A stretch of 64,000 nucleotides of DNA from Sminthopsis crassicaudata. Lineage: Eukaryota. Below, piece by piece: positions 47,255 through 59,559 of the stretch. A program made the translations under genes and the position numbers. The stretch is taken from positions 251,476,055-251,540,054 of the forward strand of contig NC_133622.1 of NCBI RefSeq assembly GCF_048593235.1. The letters run 5' to 3'. The notes under the pieces are model-generated. The model was not told where the DNA came from and did not search any database. It saw only the letters and a program-made list of their open reading frames with translations. Numbering within the stretch: the first letter of the stretch is position 1; the number at the start of each line of letters is the position of its first letter.

Positions 47255-47396
47255 TTGTTGTTTTTTGCTGAGGCAGTTGGGGTTAAGTGACTTGCCCAGG
47301 GTAACCCAGCCAGGAAATGTTTAGTGTCTGAGATCAGATTTGAACTTAGATCCTTCAACTTCAAAGCTTTACCCACTGGGCCACCTAGCTGCCCTG
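47255..47396 (-). mobile_element. Full-length WSINE1 with 14-bp target-site duplication
   Basis: TSD GCCATCCTGTTTTG at 47241-47254 and 47397-47410. Confidence 0.9.
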
Positions 47397-47783
47397 GCCA
47401 TCCTGTTTTGACAGCCTCCTACCAGACTTCCCTTTCCCAGGTCCTCTCTGATTTCCCTTCAGCCTGGAGTAATGCATAAAAAAGCTATCTATCTAAAAAA
47501 CGACAGAACTAAGAACATCCCGTGGCTGCCCATTGCCTGCCAGATAGAGAGTACTGACTCCTTACCCTGGCATTCAAGGCTCTCTGCAGTTGGGCTCCAA
47601 GCTACCTGCCATGGCCTGTCCCTGGTCTCTCAGACTCTTCCTCTCTTAGTCAGTCAGGGAGCACTTTTGAGTGTGCTGGGGCAAAGGGTACCAAGGCAGG
47701 AATGGAACAACTTCTGCTCTCCCCGAAAAAGCCAAAGTGCCCAGGGAAGCTGCAGAGAGTAAGTACAAAGTAAGCTCATTGGG

Positions 47784-48344
47784 TGTAATGTGGCCTCCTG
47801 GCAGTTACAATTACTAGTCTGCCCTAGGCCCAACAGAGTACCTTTGACCACTGACCTTTGCAGTGTCAACTCTACCTGGCTCGCCTCCTCTGAGGCCTTC
47901 AAAGGTCTCTAGCCACAATCTCTTGAATCTATAGTTTAATAACCGGTAGCGTGCTCAAGAACAGCCACATGTAATCTTAAAAGCCTTTATTATACCTATT
48001 CCCCTGACTTGATGCCCTGACTTGTTGGTTACCCAGTGAACACCTGGTCAGAAGACCCACGTGTTCACTACCAAAATCCTTACCTCTTTCAGCTATCCAT
48101 CTCGGCTTGGCCACCCAGGCTAGAGAGTCAGGTTAAAGAGAGTGACTGCTGTCTGCAGTGGGCTTATAAAGGGCCTGTCAGGTCACACACACAGACAATC
48201 AGCGAGAGAGTCACCCATTACAAAGCTATCTCAATGTGGCCAAGATCCCACCTACAAGGCAGTCCTAATATCCATAGAGATTACTTCCTGGGGGGACTCA
48301 AATCTCCCATTGCACTGTGTCCGCCCATTTAAAGGGCCCTTACA
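47784..48344 (-). mobile_element. Solo ERV LTR (561 bp) with 6-bp TSD
   Basis: TG...CA termini, identical ATTGGG flanks (47778-47783, 48345-48350), TATA-like element at 48163-48170 and AATAAA on the minus strand at 47991-47986. Confidence 0.9.
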
Positions 48345-48776
48345 ATTGGGGACGGTGGACATGCCTGCTCCGCCACCATCAAGTCCCCTCTGCTCCCAAG
48401 AGACGTCGCTAACAAAGCTCCCCAATGAGCAGGTGTCCTGGGCTGCGAGAGGTGTCCATCAGTTCCTGGGGGCGGCCATCTTGCTCCCGGACAATGCTCC
48501 TCCTCGGGAAGCTCCCCACCTTAGCAGTCTGGCTCTGACCCAAAGAAATGGCTTCTGTCTTCCATTCTCACCAGTCATCTCCCACCTCCATGCCTTTGCC
48601 CAGACATTCTGTGGGCCAGTCGTGCGGCCAGTGTGGTCTCTGTTTTCACAAGTTTTCTATAGGGGAGCTAACTGCCATAGTAGGGAGAATGGAAGAACCA
48701 CAGGGCACGGAATGACTTCAGAGCTGGCTTTAGACACTTGTCTCAGCTTCCTTTTCTGAAAAGAGAAAAAGAGTAG

Positions 48777-48930
48777 GGGCAGCTGGGTGGTGCAGTGGTT
48801 AGAGCAACAGCCCTGAAGTCAGGAAGACCTGAATTCAAATGTGATCTCAGACACTAAGCATTTCCTGGCTGTGTGACCCTGGGCAAGTCACTTAACCCAG
48901 ATTGCCTCAGCAAAAAAGAAAAAAAAGAGA
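48777..48930 (+). mobile_element. WSINE1-type SINE
   Basis: GGGGCAGCTGGGTGGTGCAGTGGTTAGAGC...GCCTCAGCAAAAAAGAAAAAAAA. Confidence 0.88.
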
Positions 48931-49998
48931 GAGAATAAGAATACCCCCACCTCACTGAGTGGTATTGACGATCAAGTGAGATAAAAAAAAACAACACTTT
49001 GCACATCTTAAATGACATATCAATACTGGAAATGATCAGTAATATTTTTAGCTCTTATTCTCCAACTTCCTCGCTGCAAGTGCTGTTTCCCCCCTTGCGC
49101 TCCTCTGCCTGGCTGCCTCCTTTATACTGACATCACTGTTCCTTGAGGCGCAATCACTTGTGTATTTGTCACTTGTGTATTTGTCCTTCTTCCTGAAAGC
49201 CCCCACCCACACACCAACTAGACGGAAACTCCTGGAAGCAGGATTTTTGTCATCTGTAATTAAAGGAAGGACTTGCGAACGTGTCGTCAGGGAGATTTGG
49301 ATTCAGACCCCATCCTGGACTCATGCGAGCTATACGCCGCCCCCCCAGGCACCTAACCTCATGCCTCAGTTTCCTTATCTGAAAAACGAGGGGATGGGAC
49401 CCGTGGCCTTTAAGGTCCCTTTCTTCTCTAAGTCTGACACTAACAGCTTTTTTTTTTTTTTTTTTTTTTTTTTTGCACTGGTGTGTAAACTCAAGGCCTC
49501 GTCCTCTCTTCCAGCCTCCCTAAAGTCTGGTTTGACTGGCAGTGACCCAGGAGGCCATGGATGACCTTGACATCTTTGATATCTGCCCGAGCTGTAAGCA
49601 CTCCACAGCAGCTTCGGCCAACTTCAAGGCTGCTGGAACCGACTGTTCTCATCCTCTCTTCCTGCTGGGGGAAGTCTTCACACGCTGGGCCGGATCCCCC
49701 CAATAGTCTGAGGCTCCCATTACCCTCAGTCGGGTTTGGCCCTTCTGGTTTTCCTGGGGCACAGCAGCTGCCCATGAGATGGGCACAAGTGAGAGTGGGG
49801 AGAAGGTGATGGCAAAAGTGGCTAAGCAGCCTTGAGAAGGGTCCGGCAGCCCTCCCGCCAGAGGGGCTCAGCTCACAAACACCCTCCACTCCATCCCACT
49901 ATCCCACCCTCCCACACACACAGTGCTGATAGATTAATAAATGTTTATCGGATTCACAGAATTGATGCTGACTTGAGGGATAAAGATAGGAAAAATCA

Positions 49999-50125
49999 GG
50001 GCAGCTACACGGCGCAGTGGATAGAGCACCAACCCTGAAATCAGCCTCAGACACTTAACACTTCTTGGCTGTGTGACCCTGGGCAAGTCACTGAACCCCA
50101 ATTGCCTCAGGGGAAAAAAAGAAGA
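49999..50125 (+). mobile_element. WSINE1 with an internal deletion of the B-box region
   Basis: Head and core are present; the GGAGGACCTGAGTTCAAAT segment is missing. Confidence 0.8.
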
Positions 50126-50531
50126 AAACTCTCAAAGAAAAAACCAACAGAACTGGACCTCTGTTTCTGTGGGTTCAAGGGAGAAGAGAGAGGCAGAGTT
50201 GTCACTGAGGTTCTTAGCCAAAGGTAATGGGAGGATACTGATGCTATTGCCATTGACCAGGAAGTTCAAAAGAAGCTGGTTTTCCCCAACATTTTCCCCC
50301 TTCTGCTGCCGGAGTATTCCCAAACTCCCCCTCCCCCTCCTAGGTTGGGGACTCAGTTAATTACATACATGTATGTAATTATTTATATGTAATGTATGTA
50401 CACATAATATATGTAATATATGACTATATGTATGTAATGTTTATACATCTAAATACCCATGGAATTACACAATAGGGTTGTAGGATTAAACTGAAGAGAC
50501 TTCTACAGTATTACCCCCAAGCCCCCGGCCC

Positions 50532-50910
50532 TGTGTTCTCCGTTATCAATTAACCAATGAAAGGCCATTAAGTTTCAGAAGAGATATTTACTGAAAAGGC
50601 CTGGCAAGTACAGCTGGTACAAAGCATCCCTCCTCCCCGTTTCCCTGACAATCAGGGCACAATCCCACAGAGTACATCACGGGAAGGGAAAAATAGACTT
50701 TGAATGAAAGCGTTCTTCGTGAAAACATCAGCAAAACTCTGAGGGACAAAAACAAGAGGCGAGAACAACATAAAAAGGCCGACGTGATCGAGCGACCAGA
50801 GAGACGGAAGCAGGATATACGCTGTTTACATTCTAACACCGTTAGAATTTGTTATAATGTTATATATGGACGCCGTCCATCTGCCCCTTTAGAATCCTGT
50901 CTTCCTTACA
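50532..50910 (-). mobile_element. Candidate short solo LTR
   Basis: TG...CA termini, CpG-rich interior and AGTAAA on the minus strand near 50587-50592. The flanks match only partly (GGCCC/GGTCA). Confidence 0.5.
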
Positions 50911-51465
50911 GGTCAGAGAGGAAGTCTAATTAACTGAGGATCTGGGCAGGTCCTGTTGTGTTTTGATCCAATTAAAAGAAAAATGGAAAGAAGAGTGCAT
51001 TATGGGAGGGGGGAAAGAGAGGAAGAATGGGGAAAATGAAGAAGTCTCTAACCATGAGTAAGGGTGGGAGAAGTGAGTGACACTTGAACTTGACTTTCTT
51101 CTGAACTGGTCAGAGGAGGGAAATCACACACACAAATGGGGGCAGAAATACATTTCACTCAGCCGAGAGAAAGGGAAGAAGGGGAGCCCAAGGGGGAGGA
51201 CACAGAGAGCTGGGCCTGAAATCAGGAAGCTAAATTTTCCTGACTTCAAATCTGATCTTCTACTCTTCCAAGCTATGAGATTCTAGACACATCACTGAAT
51301 TCTGCTTGCCTCAGTTTCCTCATCTGTAAAATCAGCTGGGGAAAGAAATGGCAAACCACTCGAGTATCTTTGCCGAATAGAGTCGCAAAAGGTTGGACTT
51401 GACTAAGATGACTGAATGATCAGGGAATGGCAAGGAGGCTATAGTATATTAATGGGATGGAATAT

Positions 51466-51992
51466 ATTTTTTTTTTTTTTTTTTGCATAGGTAAATTTTT
51501 TTTTTTATTATTATATATATATATATTTTATAATATTATCCCTTGTATTCATTTTTCCAATTTACCCCCCCTCCCTCTATTCCCTCCCCCCGACGACAGG
51601 CAATACCATACATTTTACATGTGTTACAATATAGTCTAGGTACAATACATGTGTGCGAATATCACTTTCTTGTTGCACAATAAACATTAGAATCCGAAGG
51701 TACATGCAACCTGGGCAGACAGATATTAGTGCTAACAATTTTCATTCCCCTCCCAGTGTTTCTTCTCTGGGTGCAGCTACCTCTGTCCATCATTGATCAA
51801 CTGGAAGTGAGTTGGATCTTCTTTATGTTGAAGATTTCCACTTCCATCAGAATACATCCTCATACAGCATTGTTGTTGAAGTGTACAGTGATCTTCTGGT
51901 TCTGCTCATTTCACTCAGCATCAGTTGATTTAAGTCTCTCCAGGCCTCTCTATATTCCTCCTGCTGGTCATTTCTTACCGAGCAATAATATT
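51466..51992 (-). mobile_element. Young 5'-truncated L1 inserted into an older plus-strand L1 (old copy continues to ~52340)
   Basis: Poly-T plus L1 3'UTR/ORF2 end; TSD GATGGAATAT at 51456-51465 and 51993-52002. Confidence 0.88.
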
Positions 51993-52344
51993 GATGGAAT
52001 ATTATTGTAAGAAATTATGAAGGAGCTGATTTCAGAGAAAGCACGAACTGATGGAAATTGAGAGGATTTGTATAGTGATAACACTATTGTAAAGGGAAAC
52101 AACTGTGGAAGTCTTAGGAGCTCCAAGTCCCACCATTACCAATCACGAGTCCAGAGCTTCGTGATGAAACATGCTACCCATCCCTTGGGAAAGAGGGGAT
52201 GGATTCGAGGTACAAAGTGAGACAGTTTTTTGGACTTGACCAATGAGAGAATATGTACAATTGAATGTTCTTTGCTTGCATTGATCCTTTCTGGTAAGAA
52301 GGAGAGAAAGCAGATTTTGATTATTCAAAAAATAAAAGTTAACC

Positions 52345-52735
52345 TTAAAAAATGGAAGTTTTAATGAGATGATTGAGGCCAGTTCCAGTGATCTTATGAT
52401 GGAAGGAGCCATCTACAGCCAGAGAGGACTATGGGGACTGAGTGTGAATCACAACATTGTATTCTTACTCTTTTTGTAATGTTGTTTGCTTGCTTTTTGT
52501 TTTTTTCCATTTTTTCCTTCTTGATCTGAATTTTCTTATGCAGCAAGAGAATTGTATAAATATGTCTGCATATATTGGATTTAACATATATTTTAACATG
52601 TTGAACATATATTGGATAACTTGCCGTCTAAGGGAGGAGGGAAAATTGCAACACAAGGTTTTGCAAGGGTCGATGTTGAAAAATTATCCATGCATATTTT
52701 GAAAATAAAAAGCTTTAATTAAAAAAAAAGAAAGC
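52345..52735 (+). mobile_element. L1 3'-end fragment with A-tail (similar fragments at ~53268-53490 + and ~56020-56500 -)
   Basis: Matches the reverse complement of the L1 3'UTR seen at 22713-23100; ends AATAAAAAGCTTTAATTAAAAAAAA. Confidence 0.8.
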
Positions 52736-55700
52736 AAGTGTAAAAAGGGGGGAAAAGAAGAAGTTGCCCTAGATCTCTGTGAGGGGGGTTTGATTGAGTA
52801 AATTGATCAAATGACCTCACTCCATTTAAAGTAGATGTCAAGATGCATACCCTGTGCATGTGAGGTTAGAATAGACGTGATTTCTACGTGTGAACAAAGG
52901 CCTAGCCTGTATCTTTCAGGAAGTCTATTCTGATTGGATAAGGGAGCTGGCCATGTCCTTTGGCACTTGGATATAACCATCAAGCCAGATGGATTCAGAG
53001 TTGTTTTAGCTACAGCACTAAGAAGAAATTGTTTTGGGGATAGCTGAAGGGAACAGATATCCAGCTCTAGGTCTTGATTTCAAACCCCTCGCATCTTCCC
53101 ACTCATCCTTTATCTTGATCTTTAAAAAGTCAGGAGGCTTTAAGCTTTTCTCCCAAGGGTCTCTGGGACAGCTGATGACAGAGTCTGCATCACTATGAGG
53201 GGATGAGCAGATTTGAGACTGCATAGAGCCCAGCAGCAAAGCTACACCACAGTTAAGAATTATAATCTTCCAATCTTTTTTTGTGCAACAAGATAATTAT
53301 ATAAATATGTACACATATATTGTATTTAACATCTACTTTAACATATTTAACATGTATTAGTCAGCCTGCCATCTGTGGGAGGGGGTGGGAGAAGGAGGGG
53401 AAAAGTTGGAATAGAAGGTTTTGGGAGGGTCAATATTGAAAAATTACCCATGCATATGTTTTGTAAATAAAAAGCTATAATAAGGAAAAAAGAATTATAA
53501 AATTATAATCACATATTACATTATATATATAATTATAAAAGAATTATAATCTTGAAAACAGCAGCCAAAGGACTTGGAGGAGCTGCAAGTTTCCCTCCTG
53601 CCCTGAGGACTCTCTAAAAATAAGCCCAATTTGCCCCAAACTCTGTATATTGGTGGGGACATCACAGATTTGTGAGGGATGTTACATGATACCTTAGTCA
53701 ATGCCCCTTTCTAAAAACAAAAGAAATCTGGCTGGTAATTGATGTCAGTGGTCGAGCATGGTAGGAACACCCTGCCAAGGGGCTCCGAGCTCAGCCAGAT
53801 GCACAGTGAATGGAACCTGGGCCTGGAGTCAGAAAAGCCCGAGTTCAAATCCAGTCTCAGAAATGTATTAGCTGTATGACTGTCATCTCTCTTTACCTCA
53901 GTTTCTTCAACGATAAAATGGGGGGGGGGAATAAAAGCACCCACTTTTCAAAGTTGTTATGAGAATCAAATGAGCTGATGTTTGTAATATATGACACATA
54001 GTAGGTGCTATATGATTTCTTCCCCTTCTATTCTCCATTGCTTTAAAAAGAGACCCTAGGGCCTCTAGAGGAGAGTTGGGGGCCTGGCGAGGTGGGGGAT
54101 AGCCCCGAAGCTCTTCCTTTTGTCCTGTCGGTGGGGGAGGGCAGGAGGCTCCAAGGTGACTGAGCACCCTGTGGGAGGACTCAGCGTTGAGGGTTCCATG
54201 GCCCTGCTGTCTCCCAGCCGCCCCGGCCTCTCCATCCCCCCCATCCCGGTGGGCACACCACTTGCTTTAGTGCTCCAGGGCTGGGCAACTCTCCAAACTC
54301 GGAGCTGCAGACAAGGCGTTGACCTCTGTTGGGAGAGAGTCTCCCCATCTGGAAGTTACCGATCCCTAATTCCTCACAGACAAGGAAAGGTGCTCCCCAT
54401 TCAGGGATCAGGGCTTGGCAAACCCCACCGCAGTTCCCGAAGAGGCCACACGGTGGCGCTCAGATCACACACCGTCTGGTTCGCTCTTCCTCCTGAGCTC
54501 TTGACTTCAGGACTTGAACAGCAACCGGCCCGGGGAGGAAGGCAGAGATTGGGGGGTCTCAAAGACCCGCGGCCCCCTGGGCTCCCTGGGAGGGGATAAA
54601 AGGAAGGAGTGCAGAGAGAGCTCCCGACCCCAGGACTCCTAACGCTTGTCAGCTGCTTGGGACTAATTAGCAGGGGAGAAAGAAACCAAGGACTCAGTTA
54701 TAGCTAGAAGGTCATTCATTCATTCATTCACTAAGCAGTTAATATGTGCACCTACTATGTGCCACGTACTGAAAATAAAAATGAACATAGTCCTGACCTA
54801 AGGAGCTTAGGACGGAATTTCAGGGGAAAGACCATGAACACAAAATATTAAAAATTCATTTTGGGGGGAGGATGGAGTTACTAGGAATTAGAAAGGGACC
54901 TCCACGAGGGCAGGGAGGCTTTTGACACAATACCTGGCACATTGTAAGTGTTTAATATATGCTTGTTGACTGACTAATTGGGATCAGGTTAGCCTTATGG
55001 AGAAGTTGGTTCATAGGCTGAGCGTTGCACAAGGCCAAAGTGAAGGAGGAAGGGAAGGGAGGACCCCTGTAGAGGGGGCAAACCTTGGCCAAGGCACAGG
55101 GATGGATAATTATATATTTAGAGCATTAGGGGCTAGCTAGTTAAGCTCCTTCATTTTACCCATAAGACACCAAAGCCCAGAGAGTTGACTGATTTCTCCA
55201 AGGTCACATAGGTAGTGAGTAGCAAACCCAAGGGTTGCACTCAAGCCTTCTGGTCCCAAGTAGTTTGGTCTTTCCTCTGCACAGAATGTCACTTGGAGAA
55301 GAACTCGTGGGCCGTTTTGGCAGGAGGCAGCCATCTGCTGGATCCAGGTACAACATCCCTGTGAGAGCCGATTATTAAATTTTCATTGGAAACATCTGCA
55401 CCTGGGACATCGGCAAATGCTTCAGATTGGGCTTATTGTTTCACTGATTACTTCAATTTAAAAAAGTGATGGGGAAATGAATATAATGAGATTCAACTTG
55501 TAAGTTTATACTACTCTTTTTTTTTTTTTTTTTTGAGTGGGCTGTTAAACTTTTACCATTGCTCCTCTGGCTGATCCACAGAGGTACAAGGAGAATAATG
55601 TTCAGCGAGCCTGCAAAGCTTCCAAGGGCTTCCTTGATATACCCCACCAAGAAACTGGTCAGCTGAGAATTGGGGGTGGCAGGAGAGTGCAGCGGTTAGC

Positions 55701-56719
55701 TAACATACAGACCCTAACTTTCTGGGGCTCATGTAGTAAGGAGGTGGTTTGCTAAGGTGGGGATGCCCTTCACCATCATAGATCACAAGCTGTCTATGAC
55801 CTAGGGGGTGACCTTCGAGAGGGGCTGCATCCAAGGCCAAGCTGGCAATGGGCACTGGGGGGAGCCCAAAGAGCCCGGATAGCTTCAGCAAAATAATGCC
55901 AAAAGATGCAACTGGCTCTTGCTGAAGCTGGAGAAAGGCAAATACAATCATACAACCAGCAGGGGGAGACGTGAATGAATCCAGCTATTCTAGAAAGCAA
56001 TTTAAAAAAAAAATCACTGAAGCTTTTTATTTACAAAACATATGCATGGGTAATTTTTTCAACATTGACCCTTGCAAAAGCTTCTGTTCCAAATTTTCTC
56101 TCCTTTCCCCACTCCCTCCCCTAGCTGGCAGGTAGTCCCATATATGTTAAATATGTTAAATTCAATATAAGTACACATATTTATACAATTATCTGGCTGT
56201 GCAAGAAAAATCAGATCAAGAAGGAAGAAAAAGAAAACCTGAAAAAGAAAACACAATGCAAGCAAATAACAACAGAGAGAGTGAGAATGCTAGGTTGGGA
56301 TCCACACTCTGTTCCCATGGTTCTCTCTCTGGGTGTAGATGGTTCTCTTCATCACTGAACACTGGAACTGGTTTGAATCACCTCAATGTTAAAAAGAGCC
56401 TGTCCATCAGAACTGATCATTGTATAGTCTTCTTGTCGTTGTGTTTAATGATCTCCTAGTTCTGCTCACTTCACTTTGCATCAGTTCATGCAGGTCTCCT
56501 GGAAAGCATTTTTCAACTCTACTTTCCAAAAATGACTAAAATCATTGATCTAGAAGGGACCTTCGGAGGTTAGCTAGTCCAGCTCTCTCATTTTACAGAT
56601 GAGAAACCAGAGGCCCAGGGGGTAAAGTAATAGTCCCAAGGTCACAGAGAAGGCATCAAAGGCAGAATTTGAATCCAGGTCCTCCAGATACTTCCTTTGT
56701 TTGTGTCCTTTGATTTAGA

Positions 56720-57320
56720 AAAAGGAACCATTCATGGGCGTATATATATTCCCAAAAAGTGAAAGACAGAAAGTCTCACAGATATTAACGTAATCATAGC
56801 AGTCCTTTTTGTGAAAGCAAAGAATTAGAAACCAATTGGAAAGGATCGATCAGAGAATTGCCAGACAAATTATGGTCCATGAACATGACAGAATATCACT
56901 CTGCTATAAGAAATGATGAATATGAAGAATTCAGATCAATATGAACTTATCTGAACTAATGAAGAGAAAATAATCAGAACTAAGAAAGCAACATCACAGT
57001 GTCTACAGCAATATAGACAGAAAGAACAAAAGGGTTAATATGTAATTTTAATGACCACTATTGATTGGTCCTAGAAGAAGGTTGAAAAAAAATGCACCTC
57101 CCTCTTTGTCTTTACAGGGGTGGAGGACTAGGGATACATAACGTTGCATTTACTGTTAAAAATGTGGTCGATATTCTGGTTGGTTTGCTGAACTGCTTTT
57201 CCCCCCTCTTTTTAAAAAATATAGGGATAGCCCATTGGATAGGGCGAGGTAGAGAGAGATTTGGCAACGCAAGAAATCTATCCATAGGTAAGTAATAAGT
57301 ATGAGAAAATGTTTTAAAAA
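56720..57320 (+). mobile_element. Old, diverged L1 3' region
   Basis: Decayed ORF2-end motifs (ATAGCAGTCCTTTTTGTG..GCAAAGAATTAGAAAC; ATTATGGTCCATGAACATGACAGAATATCAC). Confidence 0.65.
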
Positions 57321-57399
57321 ACAAAGAACAGCTATGCTAGACTAACCTCACTTTTTTATTCATATGATTTCTAGCCCGGTAGTTCAGGCAATCATTGTT

Positions 57400-57700
57400 T
57401 AGCAAAGCATTCGAGAAAGTCTATTGGGCATAAAATTAAGTGAAGTGGGCTGGACAATAATAAAATTAGGTGGGTTCAAAACTGGTTGAATAGACAGTTT
57501 CAAGTCGGAGTCATTGGTGGCTCAATGTTAACTTGGAAAGAAGTCTAGAGAGGGGCATCTTGGAGATCTTGATGGCTTGCATAAAAGCATCAATTTATCA
57601 AATTTCAGATGTCTTAGGATTCATGGCCTAGATTGGGGGACAATTTAATCGTCTTATTAATAAGGTCAACAGATTATTAAATTAAAAAGGAAGGTCATTT
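57400..57700 (+). mobile_element. L3/CR1-like ancient LINE remnant (similar at ~21380-21800 and ~59570-59790)
   Basis: Decayed CR1-like RT sequence (ATTAGGTGGGTTCAAAACTGGTTGAATAGAC...AACTTGGAAAGAAGTCT). Recognised by eye only. Confidence 0.45.
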
Positions 57701-58017
57701 GGCCATCTCTTTTAGATCAAAGACAAACACTTTTGATGGCGTACATTTTTTTTCTTTTTTTCTTAATGATCATGCTTCAAGCCCAAATCACTCTGGCTCT
57801 CATTTTTTTTTTCCTGAGGCTGGGGTCAAGTGACTTGCCCAGGGTTACACAGCTAAGAAGTGTTAGTGTCTGAGAGCAGATTTGAACTCAGGTCCTCCTA
57901 AATTCAATCTGGCTCTCATTGATTGCCCAGCAATAGGTCCCAGGCCAAGCCCACTAGGTCATTGTGCAGGCCCTCACTGATTGTTTCTCTTTTCGCCAGG
58001 AACCCTGAGCATCTTCT

Positions 58018-59030
58018 CTCCCAGACTGATTTTGTTTTTTGACTAGGCAAAAGAGACCATTTTCTGCCTCATTTTTAAAAATATTTTTATTTTCAAAACC
58101 TATGCAAGGATAATTTTTCAACATTGACCCTTGCAAAACTTTTGTGTTCCAAATATCCCCCCTTCCTCCCAATCCCTCCCTGATAGAGCAAGTAATCCAA
58201 TATGTCAACATATATTTTAAGATGTTTAATATATATTGGATTACTTTCTATCTAGGGGAGAAAGTGAGGGGAAGGGGGGAATTATTAGATTATCTTTGCA
58301 TATGTTTTTGAAAATAAAAAGCTTCAATAAATAAAGATTGAAAATATGTGCATACATATTTATACAATTATTTTGCTGCAAAAGAAAAATCAGATCAAAA
58401 AGGAAAAAAATGAGAGAGAAAACAAAAAGCAAGTGAATAATATCAAAAAGAGTGAAAATGCTGTCTTGCATGTATACATATATTGTATTTAATTTATACT
58501 TTAACATATGTAACATGTATTGGTCAACCTGCCATCTGAGGGAAGGGGTGGGGGGAAGGAGGGGAAAAGTTGGAACAAAAGGCTTGGCAATTGTCAATGC
58601 TATAAAATTAACCATGCATAGATCTGGTAAATAAAAAGCTATAATAAAAAAAGGGAAAAAAATGCTGTCTCGGTCCACACTCAGTTCCCATAGTCCTCTC
58701 TGTGCGGACAGACGGCTCTCTCCCATCTCAAGATCATCGGAGCTGTCTGCCTCATTTCTTACCTAGCCTCAGTCACTGAATGGGTGTTGCCTCATCAAAC
58801 TGAGACCTGTTAAAGATTTTAACTTGAAAAGGCTGAGATCTCCTACAGCATCCAGGGCCATCTCCAGTCCGCCTGATCTCTCTCTGGCCACTGGACCCAG
58901 AAGGCTCTGAAGGGGAAAGTGAAGCAGGTGACCTTGCACAGCCCTCCCTCATTTAATCCAATTTCATGGCATCTCCTCCCAGATGTCACGGCCGTCTTCA
59001 AGAACAAAAGACAAAGGACAGCATCAAATT
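58018..59030 (-). mobile_element. Marsupial interspersed repeat (WALLSI/MdoRep-like; family name uncertain) split by nested L1 3' fragments
   Basis: Element halves at 58018-58074 and 58746-59030 are separated by an L1 fragment (58075-58745) with TSD TCTGCCTCATTT. Confidence 0.65.
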
Positions 59031-59245
59031 TCAGATAAAGCTGGGTGGGTCAGGGGTCCCCTAGATAACATTCTGAAGCAAGGGGGTACAGTGAATACAA
59101 TGCTGGTCTGGAAGCAGGAAGACTCAACTTCTTGACTCCAAATTTGGCCTCGGACACTTACTAGTTATGTGATTCTGCCTCCGTTTCCTCATCTGTAAAT
59201 GTGAATTGGAGAAGGAAATGACAAACCACTCCAGAATCTTTGCCA

Positions 59246-59559
59246 NNNNNNNNNNNNNNNNNNNNNNNNNNNNNNNNNNNNNNNNNNNNNNNNNNNNNNN
59301 NNNNNNNNNNNNNNNNNNNNNNNNNNNNNNNNNNNNNNNNNNNNNNNNNNNNNNNNNNNNNNNNNNNNNNNNNNNNNNNNNNNNNNNNNNNNNNNNNNNN
59401 NNNNNNNNNNNNNNNNNNNNNNNNNNNNNNNNNNNNNNNNNNNNNNNNNNNNNNNNNNNNNNNNNNNNNNNNNNNNNNNNNNNNNNNNNNNNNNNNNNNN
59501 NNNNNNNNNNNNNNNNNNNNNNNNNNNNNNNNNNNNNNNNNNNNNNNNNNNNNNNNNNN
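59246..59559. other. Assembly gap (314 N), preceded by a MAR1-like SINE (~59080-59245)
   Basis: N-run. Confidence 1.

Noticed and set aside
52760-53230. Possible additional LTR
   Set aside because: Composition is suggestive, but I could not define TG...CA termini or a TSD.
55513-55990. Possible processed pseudogene ending in poly(A) on the minus strand
   Set aside because: A T20 run is present, but I recognise no protein or TSD. It needs a BLAST search and is not supportable by eye.
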